DNA of 35,028 bases from an uncultured Lachnospiraceae bacterium (GTDB lineage: Bacteria; Bacillota; Clostridia; Oscillospirales; CAG-272). The stretch lies in the NCBI GenBank assembly GCA_964645985.1, contig CAZYCC010000003.1:13943-48970 (forward strand), in the 5' to 3' direction. Below are positions 17,593 through 26,869 of the stretch, in pieces; position 1 is the first letter of the stretch; each line of letters begins with the position of its first letter. The notes under the pieces were generated by a model. That model did not search any database, was not told where the DNA came from, and saw only the letters and a program-made list of their open reading frames with translations. A program made the position numbers and the translations under genes.

Positions 17593-20500
17593 ATGGGCAG
17601 TTACAAATTCCAAGTCAATGGCAAGGGCGGCCGCCGAGGGAGCGCACACTCCCCCGACAGCTCTCTTTCCGCGGGGGATCTGCGCCGCGAGCTGCTCGCC
17701 GCCCTCGACACGGAAAAGGGCGGAGGCTCCCCACCTCCCGCCCTCGCAAGCTCGCACGAGACCGTGCAGGGGGGCGCGCCTGAGAAACCCGGCGCTGCCG
17801 AGAGGCTCGGTACCCCCGAGCGTCTCGGGAGGGAAACTCCCGCGGGAGGAGAGGGAGGCGGCGCGGGCAAAATCGCCCCCGCGAGCGCAAAGCCGTGCGA
17901 AGCGCAAACAAACGGCGCGAGAGCGGGGGGATCGCCGCAAAAGAGCGGTACGCTCTCGCCGCAGGACGCGCGGGCGGTGGAGGAGCTTGTCGCGGACCTC
18001 GTCGCGCCGCAGCCTGAGAGGACGGCGCAATCGAGCGCGGGGACAGGGGGGCCGCTCTCCCGGGAGGACAAAGCGACTCCGCCGTCCGCCGCTCCCGCGC
18101 AAAAGGGCGGCAAACCCGCGCAGAGCGGCGCAGACAGCAACCGGGCGCAGCCCGGCGCGCGCGCGCAATCTCACGCGCCAAACAAAGCGGGGCAAACCCC
18201 CACGCAGGGAAGCGCCGCGCCGTCCGGCAGCAAGAGCGCGCAAGGAAGCGCCGCGCCGGCGATTAAAACAGGTGCAAATGCTACTGAGCGCGGGACGACT
18301 TTGCAAAATCGAGAAAAAACGGCGCAGAGCGGCGCGAGGGGAGAAAACTCACCGCAACCCGGCGGCAGCGCCGCGAGCGGGGGCGGGACAACCGCGCAAA
18401 AGAATGGGGGCCCCGCGCAGAATAGTGGCGCGCCATCACAAAATGGCGCGAGCGCTACGCAAAGCGCGGCCGCGAATAACGGGACGAGCGCGCCCGTCGC
18501 CCCTGCGGAGGCAGGCGCGGCGGGCGAGCCGACATGGGTGCGCGTGCGCGGCACGAGCGCGGAGTTCGTCGCGCCGCGCGGCAAGTACGAGACCTGCTAC
18601 ACCTTCGTCGCGCGCCGCCCGAGCGAGAGCCTGCCGCCTCCCGCCGACCCCGCCGCCCTCGCGAGCAGCATTGAGGAGGCGAGGGAGTATGTTAACCGCC
18701 TCGAGGACAGGCAATCCGAGGAGGAGACACGGCGGCGGCGCGAGGAGGCTCTTCGCCGCCAGCGCGGCGCGAAGAAGCGCCGCCGCGAGCTTGCCGCGCG
18801 TGAGGAGAGGGGTCCCTCCTCCGACCCCGCCCTGCAAGAGGCTGCCGATACCCCGCGCGCGAGCGCCCCGGCACCCGCTCCCGCCGAAATGTCCGGCGAG
18901 TACGGTGAGGTGAACCGCCTCGCGCGCGAGACGGTGGCGAAGGAGAAGGGAGCGTCCTCTAAAAATAAAAACAAACGTAGCGGCGCGCAACCCGAGGCGC
19001 CCACCGAGCCGAAGGCGCCGGTCAGCGAAATCGACGACATTGAGAAAAATCTCATGCAGATTTTCGATATGTCGGACGAGCTCAAGCAGAAGGTCGGCAC
19101 CGCCGAGTACGAGCGCATTAAGGCGGGAGAGGAGCCCCCCGCCCCCGAGCAGACCCTACGCGAGGAATACCGCTCGCCGGAGGAGCGAGGAGACTTCCTC
19201 GAAAGTTACCGCCGCAAGGGCGTGCTCTCGACCGTGCGGCTCGCTCTTTCGGGTCTGCTCGCGGTCATTGCTCTCCTTGCCGAGTGCTTCAAGGAGCGGT
19301 TCTTCCCCGCTATTGCGAGCGGGAGCGACACTATTCTGCGCGTCGATATGCTCCTCATGCTGCAGCTGACGCTGCTGATCGGCGCGTGCGCCCTGCCCGA
19401 GCTCGTGCGCGGATTTCGGTATCTCTTCAAGGGCAAGCCTCAGGCGGAGCTGGTGCTGTGTACCTTCTTCGTCACCAATGTGATATATGAGGTCACCGTT
19501 CTGTGTACCGGGTGGATCGCCGGCGCGCGCACCTTCAACCTGACGCTCGCCGTCTGCGCCGCCTCCGCCATCCTCTACACTAAGATGCGCGACCACCGCG
19601 AGCTGCTCGCCTTCCGCGTCCTCAGCTCCAAGAAGAAAAAGTTCGTCGTCACGCACGAATATTCGGGCGAAACCTCGCTTGAAAAGCGCGCCTTCCGGGA
19701 GTATCTCGCCGACGACGGCAAGGAGAAGCAGCAGATCTTCGGCGTCGCGCGTACCTCCTTCGTCGACGATTTCGTGCGCCGCTGCGAGACGCCCGGCACC
19801 CTCTCGAACGTCTTAGGCGTGCTCATTCCCGCCGCCCTCATCGCCGGCGCGGTTTTCTTCGCCCTCTCTTACTATCACTCGAGCGCGGTCGCCTTCGCCG
19901 GGCGGCTCGCCGCCGGCATGGAGGCGGCGCAGCTGGCGATCTCCTTCCTCCTGCCGACCTGCGGGTTCCTCGTCCTGTCGATCCCCTTCTCCAAGGCGGC
20001 GGCGGAGTGCGCGCGCGAGGGCGGCGCGATCGTCGGCGATAGCTCCTTTGAGGAGTACGCGGGCGGCGCGGTGGTCTCCTTTAACGACGAGGAGGTCTTC
20101 CCCGCCGGAAACGTGCGCATCCGCTCGCTGCGCCTGCTCAATCAAAGCGCGCCGGACGCGGTTCTCCTTCGCCTGTGCGAGGTCTTCGCGAAGGTGGGAG
20201 GCCCCTTGCGCACGGTCTTCACGAACGCGATCGACGGCGTGCCGATCACAAATGACTGCGAGATCCTCAGCGTCGATAAAGACGGTATCGACGCGGCGGT
20301 AGACGGGCGGGAGGTTCTCGTCGGCACAGAGGAGTATATCCGCTTAAAGGGCCTTACGCCTCCGCGAGCACAGGGCGATGACGTACTGCAGCAGCGCGGG
20401 CGGATCTGCATCCTCTATCTTGCCGAGGCGAAGCGGCTCTCGGCGAAAATTTACCTTGAGTATGTCGTCGACAGGGAGTTTGAGAGCGTCGTGCGCGCTC

Positions 20501-20901
20501 TGCGCAATTCGGGCGTCTGCGCCGGCGTGCGCACGCTCGACCCCTGCATCAACGACACGATGCTCGACCGGCGCGTCCCGCTCTCGCGCTATCCGCTGCG
20601 CGTGCTCAAGTGCGAGCAGCGCACCGCCCTGCGCAACGTCAGCCCGCGAGCCAGCTCCGGGGTTGTCTCCAACAAGTCGGTGAAGGTGCTGCTCGAGGCG
20701 CTGACCACCTGCGAGCGCACCCTTCAGGTGACGCGGGTCGGCGCGATTGCGGCGCGGCTGCTCTCGCTCGCGGGAGGGCTGATCGCCTGTATCCTCCTCT
20801 TCGCCACCGGCGCCGCCTCCTCCCTCAACCCGGTCTTCCCCGCCCTCTACCAAATTGGCTGGGCGCTCCTCGTCGCTTTGGTGGGGTATCTGTTCTTGTG
20901 A
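17593..20901 (+). CDS. Degenerate P1B-type ATPase-like membrane protein with long disordered N-terminus (1102 aa)
   Basis: About 8 TM segments. P-type-like blocks GGAIVGDSSFEEYAGGAVVSFNDEEVFP, GGPLRTVF, GIDAAVDGREVLVG, ALRNSGVCAGVRTLD, but no DKTGT/TGD/GDGxND. ATG17593 is preceded by GGGGTGG. Confidence 0.75.
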   Translation: MGSYKFQVNGKGGRRGSAHSPDSSLSAGDLRRELLAALDTEKGGGSPPPALASSHETVQGGAPEKPGAAERLGTPERLGRETPAGGEGGGAGKIAPASAKPCEAQTNGARAGGSPQKSGTLSPQDARAVEELVADLVAPQPERTAQSSAGTGGPLSREDKATPPSAAPAQKGGKPAQSGADSNRAQPGARAQSHAPNKAGQTPTQGSAAPSGSKSAQGSAAPAIKTGANATERGTTLQNREKTAQSGARGENSPQPGGSAASGGGTTAQKNGGPAQNSGAPSQNGASATQSAAANNGTSAPVAPAEAGAAGEPTWVRVRGTSAEFVAPRGKYETCYTFVARRPSESLPPPADPAALASSIEEAREYVNRLEDRQSEEETRRRREEALRRQRGAKKRRRELAAREERGPSSDPALQEAADTPRASAPAPAPAEMSGEYGEVNRLARETVAKEKGASSKNKNKRSGAQPEAPTEPKAPVSEIDDIEKNLMQIFDMSDELKQKVGTAEYERIKAGEEPPAPEQTLREEYRSPEERGDFLESYRRKGVLSTVRLALSGLLAVIALLAECFKERFFPAIASGSDTILRVDMLLMLQLTLLIGACALPELVRGFRYLFKGKPQAELVLCTFFVTNVIYEVTVLCTGWIAGARTFNLTLAVCAASAILYTKMRDHRELLAFRVLSSKKKKFVVTHEYSGETSLEKRAFREYLADDGKEKQQIFGVARTSFVDDFVRRCETPGTLSNVLGVLIPAALIAGAVFFALSYYHSSAVAFAGRLAAGMEAAQLAISFLLPTCGFLVLSIPFSKAAAECAREGGAIVGDSSFEEYAGGAVVSFNDEEVFPAGNVRIRSLRLLNQSAPDAVLLRLCEVFAKVGGPLRTVFTNAIDGVPITNDCEILSVDKDGIDAAVDGREVLVGTEEYIRLKGLTPPRAQGDDVLQQRGRICILYLAEAKRLSAKIYLEYVVDREFESVVRALRNSGVCAGVRTLDPCINDTMLDRRVPLSRYPLRVLKCEQRTALRNVSPRASSGVVSNKSVKVLLEALTTCERTLQVTRVGAIAARLLSLAGGLIACILLFATGAASSLNPVFPALYQIGWALLVALVGYLFL

Positions 20902-21028
20902 AAACAGAACGTTTTGTTTAACAAGATGTGCACGCCGCCGACACGCATCGCCGACACGGGTCTCCGGCGCAGCGAATCCTCTCGTGCGGGCTTGCTTGAT
21001 CTTTCCTTTGAGACCTCCTAAAACGAAT

Positions 21029-21054
21029 GCTCCCGCCGTAAGGCGGGAGCTTTT
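21029..21054 (+). terminator. Intrinsic terminator
   Basis: GCTCCCGCC-gtaa-GGCGGGAGC followed by TTTT. Confidence 0.75.
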
Positions 21055-21162
21055 ACCGCAATGATTTTTTCCAAAACTCGCTTTGCCGCCGCTTCAAGGC
21101 AGTATTTTGCAGCAAGATGGCAGCGGAAAGGGAGACTATCCTTGTCATCATCGCTTTGCACT

Positions 21163-22830
21163 ATGAAATCTTTCCTCGCTTTGCTTCTCCTGCTCTCGGT
21201 TCTGCTCGCGGCGTGCGGGGAGATTGCCGCTCCGCCGGATAGCGGCGCGGCTTCCTCCTCGGGGGAGAGCTCCTCCGAGATGGTAAGCCTCGGCGTGTGG
21301 GGAGACAGCGAGGACGCCGCGCCCAAGCTCACGCCGGATCTGCTGACCCTCGCGGGCGTACCGGTTTCCTTTGGCGAGGATATTTCACCTCTGCTCGCCA
21401 CGCTCGGGCAGTGGGAGAGCCTCTCGTCCTTTCCCGACCCCGCGGGCGGCGGCGAGCGCAAACAATATCTCTTCGCGAACCTCGCGCTGCTCACCTCCCC
21501 CGCGCCCGCCGCTTTGTCCTCCGGCGCGCCGGGAGAAATTCCCGCGCAGTCATCGGGGGCGGCGGCCGGCAGCACGTCCGCAGAGGCGCCCGGCGCGCAG
21601 ACTGACCTTCTCGACGCGGTCATTTTGACCGGCGAGGGGGTCACTACCGGCGAGGGCCTTTTCGTTGGGATGGAGACCGCCGCGCTCGCGCCGCTCTTCG
21701 GCAGCGCGCTCGGCACGCCGGACAGCGAGGGGGTCTACCATATCGGCACGAGTAGCACACGCCTCTCTATCGCGGCAAGTGAGGGCAAAGTGACGCTTCT
21801 GCGCTGGGAGCGCGCCGACCGCGCCCCCGCCCCGGTTATTCTCGCGCGCGATATTTCGGTTGAGGTAGGCGAGGCTATTTCCTACCGCAGCTATATCACG
21901 CCCATCGCCGCCTCCGGCGCGCCCGTTCCGCTCTACAATGATCCGCGCGTCTCCTTTGACGCAAGCTCTGTCGACACCTCCCGCGTGGGCAGCTACGATT
22001 TGAGCGTTTCCCTCACCGATGAGATGGGGATGACCGCGGCGCAAAATCTCACCGTCTTCGTGCAGGAAAAGACCCTCACCGAGGAGGATACGCGCGCGCT
22101 CGTGCAAAGCATTCTCGCGGGCAGCCTCGCCGAGCCGCTCGCCTCCGCCGCGACAAACGAGCAGAAGCTGCGCGTGGTCTTTGACTATATGGTCAGCACA
22201 AGCGGGATGGTGTATGTCGAGGTGCATAGCAACAAAGATAACCCGCCCTTCCTTGAGGCGTATAACGGGCTGACGACTCTTCGCGGAGATTGCTACACCT
22301 ACTGCTGCATGGCTCAGGCGCTGCTCGACGGGCTGGGTATCGCCTATCGCGTGGTGACGCGCACCGGCGATCGCCGCAGCGACCATTACTGGCTGCTCGC
22401 CGACTTTGGAGACGGGTGGTATCACTTTGACCCATGCCCGCACGTTTTTCACTGGAAAAAGGAGACCTTCAAACTGACCGACGCCGAGCTTGACGAGTTT
22501 ACCGCTTGGTACAACCGCAAGTCGCACGGGTGGAATTACTATCAGTTCGATAAGAGCGCCTTCCCGCGCACGCCGATTCTGCAGGAGGACGGCAGCTACG
22601 CCTATACCCCGTATACCCTCACCTACACAGCGGGGGAGGGTGGCACGGTCGCGGGGGAGGTCTTGCAGCAGGTGGCGCACGGCGCGACCGGCTCCCCGGT
22701 CGAGGCGATCCCCTCCCCCGGCTGCCGCTTCACCGGCTGGAGCGACGGCGTCCTCACCGCGACGCGCGCCGACATCGCCTATGGGGACGCGGCGGTGGAG
22801 GCGCAGTTCGCCCCGGCTTCGGAGCAGTGA
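21163..22830 (+). CDS. Lipoprotein with Ig-like domain, transglutaminase-like (Cys-His-Asp) domain and C-terminal InlB B-repeat-like domain
   Basis: MKSFLALLLLLSVLLAA-C lipobox. Catalytic-type motifs GDCYTY and HYWLLADFGDGWYHFD. Ig-like VDTSRVGSYDL. C-terminal TLTYTAGEGG...GCRFTGWSDG. An alternative start TTG21142 follows AAAGGGAG. Confidence 0.8.
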   Translation: MKSFLALLLLLSVLLAACGEIAAPPDSGAASSSGESSSEMVSLGVWGDSEDAAPKLTPDLLTLAGVPVSFGEDISPLLATLGQWESLSSFPDPAGGGERKQYLFANLALLTSPAPAALSSGAPGEIPAQSSGAAAGSTSAEAPGAQTDLLDAVILTGEGVTTGEGLFVGMETAALAPLFGSALGTPDSEGVYHIGTSSTRLSIAASEGKVTLLRWERADRAPAPVILARDISVEVGEAISYRSYITPIAASGAPVPLYNDPRVSFDASSVDTSRVGSYDLSVSLTDEMGMTAAQNLTVFVQEKTLTEEDTRALVQSILAGSLAEPLASAATNEQKLRVVFDYMVSTSGMVYVEVHSNKDNPPFLEAYNGLTTLRGDCYTYCCMAQALLDGLGIAYRVVTRTGDRRSDHYWLLADFGDGWYHFDPCPHVFHWKKETFKLTDAELDEFTAWYNRKSHGWNYYQFDKSAFPRTPILQEDGSYAYTPYTLTYTAGEGGTVAGEVLQQVAHGATGSPVEAIPSPGCRFTGWSDGVLTATRADIAYGDAAVEAQFAPASEQ

Positions 22831-22878
22831 GGTGGGAGGCGCGCGCCGCGAGAGGCGATGAGCAAGCAAAGCGAAGAT

Positions 22879-22911
22879 AACACCCCGCCAAACGGCGGGG
22901 TGTTTTGCTTT
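22879..22911 (+). terminator. Intrinsic terminator
   Basis: AACACCCCGCC-aaac-GGCGGGGTGTT followed by TTGCTTT. Confidence 0.8.
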
Positions 22912-23311
22912 CGCGGGTGGAAATCGCGAGATTTAGGATAAGAGCGCCTTTATTCGGCAGGCTTCCGGCGGGGCAAAAAGAGGAAAAAGACGCGGCGAAG
23001 ATGTTCCCTTGGCGCGGCCCTACCCCCTGCCGGAAAATCACATCAGTGGTGGTTATGTCAACCCTAAACGCACAATTTTCGTTTCTTTTGAAAATTTTCC
23101 CCGAAGTGGCAGAGCAGTTGATTTTTTGCGGCGGGCGCGGGTTTGTTTTCAATTTGTGCTTCTTCGCTTACGTCTCGTGCACCCTCGATCCTCCCCCTAT
23201 CTCGTTTTTGCCCAAACAAATCCCCCGTTTCGCGGGGGGATTGCGTGCGGAGAACACCGCCCGCGCGCGCCTTGAGCTTGCGTCCTGCCCTCCTCCCTCC
23301 CTTTCCCCATC

Positions 23312-23341
23312 TTGACACCCCCGCCTTTTTCGTGCTATACT
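23312..23341 (+). promoter_or_regulatory. Sigma-A promoter for the ynbB-miaB cluster
   Basis: TTGACA (23312-23317), 18-nt spacer, TG-n-TATACT (-10 at 23336-23341), 24 nt before ATG23366. Confidence 0.75.
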
Positions 23342-23365
23342 TTCCTTGATTGCACCGAGGATGGT

Positions 23366-24640
23366 ATGAGCTCTTTTCATTTTAGCGAGAGGGTGCGCGC
23401 GCTCGGCGGCGCGGCGGAGCGTGACTGCCGCGAGGCGGGGCTTTTTTCGCGCGCCGATGAGGTTTGCTCCGAGCGCTCGGAGCAGGTGCTCGCCGCGTTT
23501 CGGTGCGAGCGCGTTTCGAGCGGCGATTTTGCCGAGGTCACCGGCTACGGCTACAGCGATGGCGGGCGCGAGAAGCTCGAGCGCATCTACGCCGCGATCT
23601 TCGGCGCGCAGGACGCTCTCGTGCGCCTGTCCTTTCTCTCCGGCACGCACGCGCTGACTGTCGCTCTGCGCGCGCTCCTGCGCCCGGGAGACACGCTTCT
23701 CGCCATCTCCGGCGCGCCTTATGACACGCTGCAAGCGGTGATCGGCACGAGCGGGGGCAGCGGCGCGTCGCTCCTTGCGCGCGGCGTGCGCTATGAGCAA
23801 ATAGAGCTTTCCGGGGATAGCTTTGACCTCCCCACCATTTTCGCGCGGGTAGCGAGGGGCGACGTGCGCGTCGCGCATATCCAGCGCAGCCGGGGCTACA
23901 GCGCGCGCGGCGGGCTTTGCATCGATAAAATCGCGCGCGCCATTGCCGCCGTGAAAGACGCCTGCCCTGAGACTATTGTCCTTGTCGATAATTGTTACGG
24001 CGAGTTTGTCGAGCGGCGCGAGCCGACGATGGTCGGCGCGGATGTCGCCGTCGGGTCTCTACTCAAAAACCCGGGCGGCGGGATGGCGAGCACCGGCGGC
24101 TACTGCGCCGGGCGCGCCGACCTCATTGCCGAGATAGCCGAGTGGCTGACCGCGCCCTCGATCGGGCGGGACCTCGGCGCGAACTTCGGACAGCTCTCTT
24201 CTTTATACAAAGGGATTTTTCTCGCGCCGAGCGTCGTCGCCGCCGCCCTGAAGACCGCGATATTCGCGGCGCGCGCTCTTTCGCTTGCCGGATTTCGCGG
24301 CGTTTCCCCGCGCTTTGACGAGCCGCGCACCGACATCGTTCAGACGGTGGATCTCGGCAGCGCCGACGCGCTTGTTGCCTTCTGCGGGGGGCTGCAGAGC
24401 GGCTCGCCTATCGACTCCTTCGCGCGCCCGGAGCCGGGAGAGATGCCCGGGTACGAGGACCTTGAGGTGATGGCGGGGGGCAGCTTCATCGGCGGCTCGA
24501 CGATTGAGCTCTCCGCCGACGGGCCTCTCAAACCGCCCTACACCGCCTATTTGCAGGGGGGCCTCACCTTCGACTACGGCAAGCTCGGCGTACTCTCGGC
24601 CATAGAGGCGATGCAAGAAAAAGGCTATATCTCCTTGTAG
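23366..24640 (+). CDS. ynbB: YnbB-like PLP-dependent enzyme (methionine gamma-lyase / 'aluminium resistance' family)
   Basis: Motifs TGYGYSDGGRE, SGTHAL, GAPYDTL, IQRSRGYS, VDNCYGEFVE, GSLLKNPGG (PLP Lys), GSTIELSADGP, QGGLT. GAGG precedes ATG23366; the ORF-track TTG start is the -35 box. Confidence 0.85.
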   Translation: MSSFHFSERVRALGGAAERDCREAGLFSRADEVCSERSEQVLAAFRCERVSSGDFAEVTGYGYSDGGREKLERIYAAIFGAQDALVRLSFLSGTHALTVALRALLRPGDTLLAISGAPYDTLQAVIGTSGGSGASLLARGVRYEQIELSGDSFDLPTIFARVARGDVRVAHIQRSRGYSARGGLCIDKIARAIAAVKDACPETIVLVDNCYGEFVERREPTMVGADVAVGSLLKNPGGGMASTGGYCAGRADLIAEIAEWLTAPSIGRDLGANFGQLSSLYKGIFLAPSVVAAALKTAIFAARALSLAGFRGVSPRFDEPRTDIVQTVDLGSADALVAFCGGLQSGSPIDSFARPEPGEMPGYEDLEVMAGGSFIGGSTIELSADGPLKPPYTAYLQGGLTFDYGKLGVLSAIEAMQEKGYISL

Positions 24641-24793
24641 GGCTTTCGCTTGGCAAACGGCGTTCCCCATCGCGGCGGCATTGCCGCGCGAGGGCAAGAG
24701 CGAAAATATATTTTTTCTAAAAAACCATACAACCCATCGCGCATTTCGCAATCTGAAGAGAAGCCTCCTCTTTTCCCTATTTACGCAGCTCCC

Positions 24794-26302
24794 ATGATCC
24801 ACTCCCCTCTCGGCGCTCCGTCCAACTACCTCGCGGCGGTACGATCTCTTCTCGCGGGCGCGCCGCGCGCCGCGCTCGTGCGCTCGCTCGGCTGCCAGCA
24901 AAACGAAGCGGACGCAGAGCTGCTGCGCGGGATGCTGCGCGAGATGGGCTACACGGTGGCAGAGCGCGAGGAGGACGCCGACCTTATCCTCCTCAATACC
25001 TGCGCCGTGCGCGAGCACGCCGAGCTGAAGGCGCTCTCGATTTCGGGCGGTATCGGGAAGCGAAAGGAGAAAAACCCCGGGCTTATCTTTTGCCTCGCCG
25101 GGTGCATGGCGGGGGAGCCGGAGCGGCGCGAGCAGATCGCGCGCAGCTACCCCTACGTTGATATTCTCCTGCCGGCAACCGCGACGGCGCGCTTCCCCGA
25201 GGCGCTCTACCGCCGCCTGTTAAGCGGCGAGCGGCAGTTCGTCATCGGCGAGGAGATGATTACCCCCGGCAAACCCGCCTCCCCCGCCACTGCGCTCTTC
25301 CGAGGCTCCCCGCGCGCGGCTCCCGCCGCCTCCCCCGCCGCCCCCGCCCCGCCCCCGCCTTTTTCGCTTGAGGGGGTGACGCCGCAGCGCGCGAGCGACA
25401 CGCGCGCGTGGCTGCCGATTATGAGCGGCTGCGACAACTTTTGCTCCTACTGCATCGTGCCGTATGTGCGCGGGCGGGAGCGCAGCCGCCCGCCCGAGGA
25501 GATTCTGCGCGAGGCGCGGGAGCTTGCCGCGGCGGGCTACCGCGAGGTAACCCTCCTCGGGCAGAATGTCAACTCTTACGGCAAGGGGCTCCCCGGCGGA
25601 GTGGACTTCCCGGCGCTGCTTGAGCAGATTTGCGAGATTCCGGGGGACTTCCTCGTCCGCTTTATGACCAGCCACCCGAAGGACGCGACCCGGCGCCTCG
25701 CCGACGTGATGGCATCCTGCGCCCCCGGGACGCGGGAGGGATACGGGCGGGTGGCGCGTCAGTTTCACCTGCCGCTCCAGTCGGGCAGCGACGCGGTACT
25801 CGCGAGAATGAACCGCTACTACACCTCGCACGATTACCTCGCCTACGCCGCCTATCTGCGTGAGCGCATCCCCGAGATCACTCTTTCGACCGACATTATC
25901 GTCGGCTTCCCGGGAGAGACCGAGGACGACTTCGAGGCGACGCTCTCTGTGCTGCGGCAGGTGCGCTTCGACAATCTCTACGCCTTCATTTTCTCGCCGA
26001 GAAAAGGTACCCGCGCCGCCGAAATGCCGAATTTTGTGCCTCCCGACGTGCAAAAAGAGCGCATGGCGCGCCTGCTCGAATTGCAAGCGCAAATCGGGCG
26101 GGAGCGCGCCGAGCGCCTTATCGGCCGCACGCTCCCGGTTCTCGTTGAGGGGCTCAGCAAGACGAGAGGCGATCGCCTCACCGCGCGCACCGAGGGCGGG
26201 AGGCTTGTCCACTTCGCGGGAGACGATTCTCTCATCGGCAAGGTTACGCGGGTCAAGGTCACGCGCGCGCAGGCGACCTCGCTGATAGGAGAGCTTTCCT
26301 GA
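24794..26302 (+). CDS. miaB: tRNA-2-methylthio-N6-dimethylallyladenosine synthase MiaB
   Basis: UPF0004 domain (GCQQN, NTCAVREHAE, GCM), radical SAM GCDNFCSYCIVPYVRGRERSR, LLGQNVNSYG, RFMTSHP, HLPLQSGS, DIIVGFPGE and a C-terminal TRAM domain. Start uncertain. Confidence 0.92.
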   Translation: MIHSPLGAPSNYLAAVRSLLAGAPRAALVRSLGCQQNEADAELLRGMLREMGYTVAEREEDADLILLNTCAVREHAELKALSISGGIGKRKEKNPGLIFCLAGCMAGEPERREQIARSYPYVDILLPATATARFPEALYRRLLSGERQFVIGEEMITPGKPASPATALFRGSPRAAPAASPAAPAPPPPFSLEGVTPQRASDTRAWLPIMSGCDNFCSYCIVPYVRGRERSRPPEEILREARELAAAGYREVTLLGQNVNSYGKGLPGGVDFPALLEQICEIPGDFLVRFMTSHPKDATRRLADVMASCAPGTREGYGRVARQFHLPLQSGSDAVLARMNRYYTSHDYLAYAAYLRERIPEITLSTDIIVGFPGETEDDFEATLSVLRQVRFDNLYAFIFSPRKGTRAAEMPNFVPPDVQKERMARLLELQAQIGRERAERLIGRTLPVLVEGLSKTRGDRLTARTEGGRLVHFAGDDSLIGKVTRVKVTRAQATSLIGELS

Positions 26303-26440
26303 GATCAGCGCGGCGAAAGCCACGCCGCTTCCCGAAAATCGCGCGATTTCGCGCTTCTCCCTGGGCGCGTCCTACGACTGCGTTTTGCATAAAATTGATT
26401 TTTCGTTTTCCCGATACCCCTCCTTTTCTCCTCTATTCTT

Positions 26441-26869
26441 ATGGAAAAATCGATAGATACCGCCCCCGCCGCCGCGGCGAGCACAAGCGTGGCGATCTTC
26501 GCGAAGGCGGCGGAGCTCGGGCGGTTAATCCATGCCGACCCGCGCGTCGCCGCGCTCGAGGAGGCGAGGGCCGCCTACGAGAGTGACCCCACGATCTCGA
26601 CCTTGACGACCGAGTACGACGTGCAGCAGAAGGCGCTCGCCGCCGCCTACGCCGAGAGCGAGCGCGACGAGGCGCTCATAACCGCGATTAACAACCGCGT
26701 GAGCGAAATCTACGAGCAGGTCATCGCGACCGAGGTCTACAAAGCCTACGAGCGCGCGCAAAACGAGGTCTCCGAGCTGATGCGGCAGGTCAACGCGACC
26801 ATTCAATACGAGGTTAGCGGCGAAACTCCCTGCACGCACGACTGCGCAAGTTGCGGGGGCTGCGCGTAA
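26441..26869 (+). CDS. YlbF/YmcA (RicA/RicF, Com_YlbF) family protein with C-terminal CxxxCxxCxxC tail
   Basis: IFAKAAELGRLI..., an all-helical body, Y..AQ.E...LM..VN..I and tail CTHDCASCGGCA. Follows miaB as ymcA does in B. subtilis. Confidence 0.8.
   Translation: MEKSIDTAPAAAASTSVAIFAKAAELGRLIHADPRVAALEEARAAYESDPTISTLTTEYDVQQKALAAAYAESERDEALITAINNRVSEIYEQVIATEVYKAYERAQNEVSELMRQVNATIQYEVSGETPCTHDCASCGGCA

Noticed and set aside
17330-18913. 527-aa + strand ORF overlapping the pseudo-ATPase N-terminus in another frame
   Set aside because: Arg/Ala/Pro-rich shadow translation typical of high-GC DNA, with no motifs and no RBS. The other frame is continuous with the conserved membrane domain.
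23034-23061. Minus-strand TTGACA suggesting a promoter on the opposite strand; nearby AT-rich CodY-like tract
   Set aside because: The best -10 is GATTTT (3/6) with no minus-strand gene downstream, and the CodY-like match has 4 mismatches.
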